12,904 bases of DNA, taken from Candidatus Thalassarchaeaceae archaeon (GTDB lineage: Archaea > Thermoplasmatota > Poseidoniia > Poseidoniales > Thalassarchaeaceae). Shown here one piece after another: positions 8,089 through 12,904 of this stretch; position 1 is the first letter of the stretch; every line of letters starts with the position of its first letter. The position numbers were made by a program, and so were the translations under genes. The notes below the pieces were generated by a model. That model made no database searches, was not told the origin of the DNA, and worked only from the letters and a program-made list of their open reading frames with translations. The DNA lies in contig JASLKH010000026.1 of assembly GCA_030747675.1 (NCBI GenBank), forward strand, positions 1-12,904, given 5' to 3'.

Positions 8089-8153
8089 AGTTTGGCCCCT
8101 CCGGGGCTCCGTGAACGGTCGCCTTGAAATGGCCTTTGAGGCTCGCCCGAGGT
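8089..8153. promoter_or_regulatory. Compact divergent promoter region (folC / presenilin homologue)
   Basis: A 65-bp spacer between two divergent starts must hold both promoters. The central CCTTGAAAT (8122-8130) reads as a TT(C/G)AA element on both strands. Confidence 0.5.
8098..8102 (-). promoter_or_regulatory. Shine-Dalgarno site of folC
   Basis: Minus-strand GGAGG, 9 nt upstream of ATG 8088. Confidence 0.65.
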
Positions 8154-10433
8154 ATGTCAGGCGAAGGTTTCGCTGCCAAACGGCGTGCTTCCAAAACATC
8201 TGGAGGTACCAACAGTGCTGGAATTAATTCAAAACCATCATTGATTGATGCACTCAAAGAACAGGCTCCATCAATGGCAGGGATGGCTGCAATGTTCATC
8301 GTTACAATTCTACTTGCAATGTCAATACAAGAATTCTATGACCATGATGAAATGAGGGCATTTGGAGATTCAGGGTCTACGAAAGCAGGATTTATTTTTA
8401 TGGAATTATTCTTCATTTTCGTCTTTACAGCAGGAATTATTTTCATGGCAAGAAAAGGAATGGAGAAATTCATTCGTCGGGGTGTGCTTTTTGTATTGTG
8501 GATTGCACTGGTTTACACCATGATGCCACTAACCGATATGATTCTTGGTGATGGTGACCCTACACTTTCATTAACGGACGAAAATCAGTCAGAATCATAC
8601 ATAATTTCCACATGGGAAGATGGAAGTTTCATATTATACGAACCAACAAATAGCCAAAATGGAACTATCAGTTATATGACTGATGCAGGTGGCTCTGAAG
8701 GTGATTATGGTGGAGCTATAGTTGAATGGTCGCATGAAATCAAACATGAAAATGGACAAGAAAGTCAAGCATCTTGGCCACAGGTTCTACGTTCTGATGA
8801 TGGATTTGTCCTCTGTGAAGGTACTCAGTGGGTATTACTAAATTCAGAATCAGGAATTGAAATTGAAGATGAAAGAAGTTCCATGGATTGTATTCTTGGT
8901 CTTAGAGATGAATACAATTCGAATACAAACCCTTCGTGGGAAAATTGTGATGGTCATGAAGTCCCGCAAGATTGGAGATTAATTGGTAATATAATGAGTC
9001 CAATTCCTCATTTGAATGATTTTGAAGGTTCTCAAGAATGCATTGGTGCAAATGGAAATTGGCAGAGAATGTTTCCAGAAAGTTATCACGGTGTTGAAAG
9101 CATTATTTTGGTCGAAGAAATTGGTAATCATCACTTCTTGATTGTATCCAGTCAATGGGCAGGAATGGTTGTTTATCCAGAAGTATCTAGCGCAGCATTT
9201 GGTAGCGAATTGGCTGATGTTGAAACAACTTGGGAGAAAAGTCTAGACGGTGATGAAATGTTCACATCTGCTACTTACGGATCTGCTCCAGGAAACGAAA
9301 TCAGTGGTCATGAGAAATTGCTGGTGCTGGGAACAAGTGAGGGTTCAGTTACTGGTTGGACAATGAACATGACCACTGGAAATGTTGAATCTGATAGTAG
9401 TATGAAATTTGATTCAAGAGATGCTTTCAATGAACCTATTCGCGGTTTATTACTAGCTGATTGTTGTAATGGAGGGAGTAATGACCTATGGATAGTTGAG
9501 GGAGATCAACTTAGAATATTCATGTATGAGGGGTTGATAGAAAAACCTCTAGGATTGAAAATATCAGGCAGTAACCAAGTAAATATGTCTCTACACACAA
9601 TAGAAAATCCGGATCATAATTGGGAAGATGGGATATTATTAATCGAAAGAAATGGGGGTTGGGTTTCAACGATTTACGACCCGAGTGAATTTCAACCAGA
9701 ATTTGCCTTTGTCATTGATGGTGTTGGTGGTGTATCTTGGGCAGAAATTGTAGCTCTAGTGATTGCAATTAGTTTGATGATTGCACTCATCAAATATCCT
9801 GAATGGTATGTGGTAAACACTGTGGGTATATTGGTCGGAGCTGGAGTTATTACCATTCTTGGGGTTTCATTTGATGAATGGTTAATCATTCTCTTCATGG
9901 TATTGGCTGCCTGCTATGATGCTTGGGCCGTTTACAAATCCAAGCATATGCTAGAACTAGCGGATACAATGATTGGGTTGAAATTACCAATATTGCTCGT
10001 TGCTCCTCAAGACAAAGAATACTCATTCCTTGATGAAGGTGAAAATGTGATGGCCGATAGAGATGAGGTCTCAAAGAATGAATCCACGCAATCTGATGTG
10101 CAGGCTAATCAGCCACGACCGATAAAGAAAGGTGGAGAGGCAATGTTCATGGGTCTTGGAGATGTTATATTCCCTGGAATGTTGTGTATTTCCGCAATGA
10201 CTTGGTTACCCGAAATGAGCGGACCCCTTGGATGGGCTGCATCAACTTGGGTAGCCCTAGGTACAATGATTGGTGGTTTGTTCGGTTATCTGTGGCTAAT
10301 GACTTATGTTGCACGTGGAAAGCCACAAGCAGGGTTGCCTTTATTGAATGGTGGTGCCATTTTAGGATATGTAATTTCTGCAATGATTTTCGTTGGTAGT
10401 AGTGCCTTTGAATTCAACATTAGCCTATTCTGA
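8154..10433 (+). CDS. Presenilin/signal-peptide-peptidase-type GxGD intramembrane aspartyl protease (archaeal PSH family) with a ~390-aa inserted extracytoplasmic domain
   Basis: There are nine predicted TM helices. Catalytic YD is at 9915-9920 (YDAWAVYKSKHM) and GLGD at 10152-10163. A PAL-equivalent GKPQAGLPLLN starts near 10323. The PSH-typical segments KYPEWYVVN and LKLPILLVAP are present. ATG 8154 is preferred over TTG 8124. Confidence 0.9.
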   Translation: MSGEGFAAKRRASKTSGGTNSAGINSKPSLIDALKEQAPSMAGMAAMFIVTILLAMSIQEFYDHDEMRAFGDSGSTKAGFIFMELFFIFVFTAGIIFMARKGMEKFIRRGVLFVLWIALVYTMMPLTDMILGDGDPTLSLTDENQSESYIISTWEDGSFILYEPTNSQNGTISYMTDAGGSEGDYGGAIVEWSHEIKHENGQESQASWPQVLRSDDGFVLCEGTQWVLLNSESGIEIEDERSSMDCILGLRDEYNSNTNPSWENCDGHEVPQDWRLIGNIMSPIPHLNDFEGSQECIGANGNWQRMFPESYHGVESIILVEEIGNHHFLIVSSQWAGMVVYPEVSSAAFGSELADVETTWEKSLDGDEMFTSATYGSAPGNEISGHEKLLVLGTSEGSVTGWTMNMTTGNVESDSSMKFDSRDAFNEPIRGLLLADCCNGGSNDLWIVEGDQLRIFMYEGLIEKPLGLKISGSNQVNMSLHTIENPDHNWEDGILLIERNGGWVSTIYDPSEFQPEFAFVIDGVGGVSWAEIVALVIAISLMIALIKYPEWYVVNTVGILVGAGVITILGVSFDEWLIILFMVLAACYDAWAVYKSKHMLELADTMIGLKLPILLVAPQDKEYSFLDEGENVMADRDEVSKNESTQSDVQANQPRPIKKGGEAMFMGLGDVIFPGMLCISAMTWLPEMSGPLGWAASTWVALGTMIGGLFGYLWLMTYVARGKPQAGLPLLNGGAILGYVISAMIFVGSSAFEFNISLF

Positions 10434-10476
10434 CCCGCCGGCGCCTTCAAGCGCGATAAGCGGTTCCGTAGGAACC

Positions 10477-10481
10477 GGAGG
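10477..10481 (+). promoter_or_regulatory. Shine-Dalgarno site of serS
   Basis: GGAGG, 8 nt upstream of ATG 10490. Confidence 0.7.
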
Positions 10482-10489
10482 CCCCCACC

Positions 10490-11773
10490 ATGCTCGACAT
10501 TAGGATGTTTCGAGACCATGCAGATGTAATCCGTGCTGATTATGACAAACGTGGTATCCCTCATGATTCGATTGATGCTGTAATTAGTCTTGATGAAGCA
10601 TGGAGGAAATCCCAATACGATGCTGATCAATTGCGTCGAAAGAGAAACGAAGCCGCACGTGGAATTGCTGCTGCAAAGAAGGCCGGTGATGAGGAGGCAT
10701 TTGCTCTAATCAAATCAGAAGTTGATTCAATCGCATCGGAGATAGAAAAACTGGGAGTAAAAGCAGAACAACTCCAAACAGAACGTGATGCTATTCGAAT
10801 GAGTGTTCCAAATATCCTTCACGAGAGTGTTCCTGCAGGAAACGATGAGGAAGGAAATACACAGCATAGTATGCATGGAATGAAACCTGAATTCTCATTT
10901 GACCCTCGAACCCATAACGAATTAATTGAAATGAACAAATGGGTCGATTTACCACGAGCTGCGAAAGTTGCGGGAAGTCGATTCTATTTTCTCAAAGGTG
11001 ATTTGGCAAGGCTTGATCTAGCACTACAACAATATGCTGTTGATTTTATTAATTCCAAAGGATATACATTCGTACAACCTCCTGCTATGATGAATAGGCA
11101 TGCATACGAAGGAGTGACCGATTTAGGCGACTTTGAATCAGTAATGTACAATGTACAACCTGATGGCCTATACACCATTGCCACCAGTGAACACCCTCTG
11201 ACTGCAATGTTCATGGACGAAGTTATCGAACCTAGCCTACTTCCAATCAAAATGGTCGGTGTTTCACCTTGCTTCCGACGAGAAGTTGGTGCACATGGTC
11301 AAGGTGACAAGGGTATTTGGCGAGTACATCAATTTACAAAAATTGAGCAAATAATCATCAGCCATCCAGATGACTCATGGGATTTTCATGAAGAATTACT
11401 AACCAACTGTGTTGAATTATGGAACAATCTTGGATTACACTATGAAGTGGTAAACATATGTACAGGTGATATGGGCACTGTTGCTGCCAAAAAATACGAC
11501 CTTGAAGCTTGGTTACCTGGACGAGGTGAATACAAAGAAGTGGTATCTTGTTCAAACTGTACTGATTACCAAGCCAATCGTCTTCGGATGCGGTATCGCA
11601 CACCAGATGGGAATTCGGCAGTTCATACTCTAAACTCTACTGCAGTTGCAACATCTAGAGCCCTCGTTGCGATTATGGAGCAATATCAACTTGAAGATGG
11701 TCGTGTCCAAGTACCTGAGTGCTTAATATCAAGAATGAATGGAAAGACACACCTAGAACCTTGTGAATGGTGA
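10490..11773 (+). CDS. serS: Serine--tRNA ligase (standard type, class II aaRS)
   Basis: N-terminal MLDIRMFR and a coiled-coil arm, then GSRFYFLKG and IATSEHPL. Motif 2 is CFRREVGAHG...GIWRVHQFTKIEQ. Also AAKKYDLEAWLPG, EVVSCSNCTDYQ and motif 3 HTLNSTAVATSR. GGAGG lies 8 nt upstream of the ATG. Confidence 0.97.
   Translation: MLDIRMFRDHADVIRADYDKRGIPHDSIDAVISLDEAWRKSQYDADQLRRKRNEAARGIAAAKKAGDEEAFALIKSEVDSIASEIEKLGVKAEQLQTERDAIRMSVPNILHESVPAGNDEEGNTQHSMHGMKPEFSFDPRTHNELIEMNKWVDLPRAAKVAGSRFYFLKGDLARLDLALQQYAVDFINSKGYTFVQPPAMMNRHAYEGVTDLGDFESVMYNVQPDGLYTIATSEHPLTAMFMDEVIEPSLLPIKMVGVSPCFRREVGAHGQGDKGIWRVHQFTKIEQIIISHPDDSWDFHEELLTNCVELWNNLGLHYEVVNICTGDMGTVAAKKYDLEAWLPGRGEYKEVVSCSNCTDYQANRLRMRYRTPDGNSAVHTLNSTAVATSRALVAIMEQYQLEDGRVQVPECLISRMNGKTHLEPCEW
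11769..11773 (+). promoter_or_regulatory. Shine-Dalgarno site of the M28 peptidase overlapping the serS stop (probable translational coupling)
   Basis: GGTGA includes the serS TGA and lies 4 nt before ATG 11778. Confidence 0.55.
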
Positions 11774-11777
11774 TTGA

Positions 11778-12904
11778 ATGCGAGCTATCATGCTAACCTT
11801 GCTGTTTTTCATATCCACATTTAGTGGTTGCTTTGGAAATATCGATGGTTCTGAACCTTCGGCTAATCTTGTAGTTTCTGAAGATTTGAATTCGAATACT
11901 GCACCTCGAGGACAAATCTTCACAATAACAATTGAATCCAATGTTGATTATACAGTTCATCGAGCGAATGGTACGTTCTTTGTCGATGAGTTTGGCGTAT
12001 TCCGAGACGATATGAACATGATTTTCGATGAATCGATAAAAAAAGTCAAACTACTGATTATGGATACTGAATTGTCCTCGATTGACTTGATGATTACTGC
12101 CGGGAATGAAATTTGGAATGGAACCATAGAACTCATCGATAGCGATGAAATGATGATTGTAGATGGTCGTAGAGCCTACGATACAATCGATATGCTCACC
12201 ACATCATACAACAATCGATGGTGTGCTTCTGCTTCTGTACATGAAGGGGGTGCAGCCTACGAGGCGGCGGCTGAAGCGATGGCAGACAATATGCGAAGCA
12301 TGGGTTTTGATTTCGTAGAGGTGACTCGTTACGAAGATGACCCTGACCAACTCAACGTAGTTGGTTACAATTGGGGACGTGTTAATCCAGATGAGTATAT
12401 TGTCATCGGTGGACATTTTGACATCGCTTATGCCTTAACACCACCAAGTGGTGGTACTAACGAAGGTGCGAATGATGACACATCAGGTTCAACCGTTTCA
12501 CTTGAGATGGCTCAAGCTCTGGCACAACTTGAATTTGATCACACCGTGGTTGCTGCACTGTGGGCGTGTGAAGAAGAAGGACTTCTAGGTTCGAGGGCTT
12601 ATGTTGACCATCTACCGGAGAACATTACAGTTCGTGCTTACATGAATTTTGACATGGTCGCACTCAATTACCCAATTACACCACGTAGCGAACCCCTCAT
12701 TGGACCTGGTGGTGAGATATTTTCTGCCACGAAATATGATTGGACTATCAGTGTGGCTGGTGCCAATGATAGCAATATGCAACGCATGCACGATTGGGTT
12801 GGAGTGACCATAGAGGATGATTTGGCTTACCAACCCACAGCAGGCAATCCAATCACTTGGCAAATTGAAGAATCTTGTGCATCAGATCATTGTTCATTCT
12901 TTTC
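11778..12904 (+). CDS. M28-family zinc metallopeptidase (aminopeptidase-like), predicted lipoprotein; 3'-truncated, absent from the supplied ORF track
   Basis: My own translation from ATG 11778 begins MRAIMLTLLFFISTFSGC (signal peptide plus lipobox, Cys at 11829-11831). It then shows IVIGGHFD (His 12414), GANDDTSG (12465-12488), WACEEEGLLGS, YMNFDMV and ASDHCSF, and stays open to the window end. The SD GGTGA overlaps the serS stop. Confidence 0.92.
   Translation, partial: MRAIMLTLLFFISTFSGCFGNIDGSEPSANLVVSEDLNSNTAPRGQIFTITIESNVDYTVHRANGTFFVDEFGVFRDDMNMIFDESIKKVKLLIMDTELSSIDLMITAGNEIWNGTIELIDSDEMMIVDGRRAYDTIDMLTTSYNNRWCASASVHEGGAAYEAAAEAMADNMRSMGFDFVEVTRYEDDPDQLNVVGYNWGRVNPDEYIVIGGHFDIAYALTPPSGGTNEGANDDTSGSTVSLEMAQALAQLEFDHTVVAALWACEEEGLLGSRAYVDHLPENITVRAYMNFDMVALNYPITPRSEPLIGPGGEIFSATKYDWTISVAGANDSNMQRMHDWVGVTIEDDLAYQPTAGNPITWQIEESCASDHCSFF

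Noticed and set aside
8089-8199. Apparent head-to-head overlap of folC (from 8199) and PSH (from 8124)
   Set aside because: This is an artefact of longest-ORF calling. The better starts at 8088 and 8154 leave a 65-bp spacer.
10434-10489. T-box riboswitch, tRNA or other ncRNA upstream of serS
   Set aside because: The spacer is only 56 bp, with no T-box bulge or cloverleaf.
11771-11777. TGA read-through (selenocysteine) fusing serS to the peptidase
   Set aside because: serS is complete at the TGA. The downstream gene is in a different frame with its own SD and signal peptide.
6481-11941. Other small ORFs nested in the dCMP deaminase, folC, PSH and serS genes, plus 11753-11941, 12204-12416 and 12612-12863
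   Set aside because: They overlap real genes in an alternative frame or strand, and have no recognisable motifs or RBS support.

Overview
Gene-dense archaeal chromosome segment. The lineage is inferred as probably Marine Group II / Ca. Poseidoniales (Thermoplasmatota), from the archaeal-type SerRS, presenilin homologue and Lhr, the bacterial-like FolC and dCMP deaminase, and the acidic surface proteins. There are eight CDSs. On the + strand: a 5'-truncated large CARDB-containing surface protein, an Lhr-family helicase and a P-loop nucleotide-kinase-like protein. On the - strand: dCMP deaminase and folC. On the + strand again: a presenilin-type GxGD intramembrane protease, serS and a 3'-truncated M28 peptidase lipoprotein that the ORF track missed. 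I found no RNA gene, CRISPR array or mobile element. The most unusual item is the presenilin homologue, which is catalytically intact but carries a ~390-aa extracytoplasmic domain between TM3 and TM4. It lies in a co-directional run with an M28-fold peptidase, the fold of the nicastrin ectodomain. Other points of interest are a convergent, overlapping kinase/dCMP deaminase pair bracketed by a 15/20 inverted repeat, and GC-rich intergenic spacers with a recurring TT(C/G)AA element in place of a canonical TATA box.
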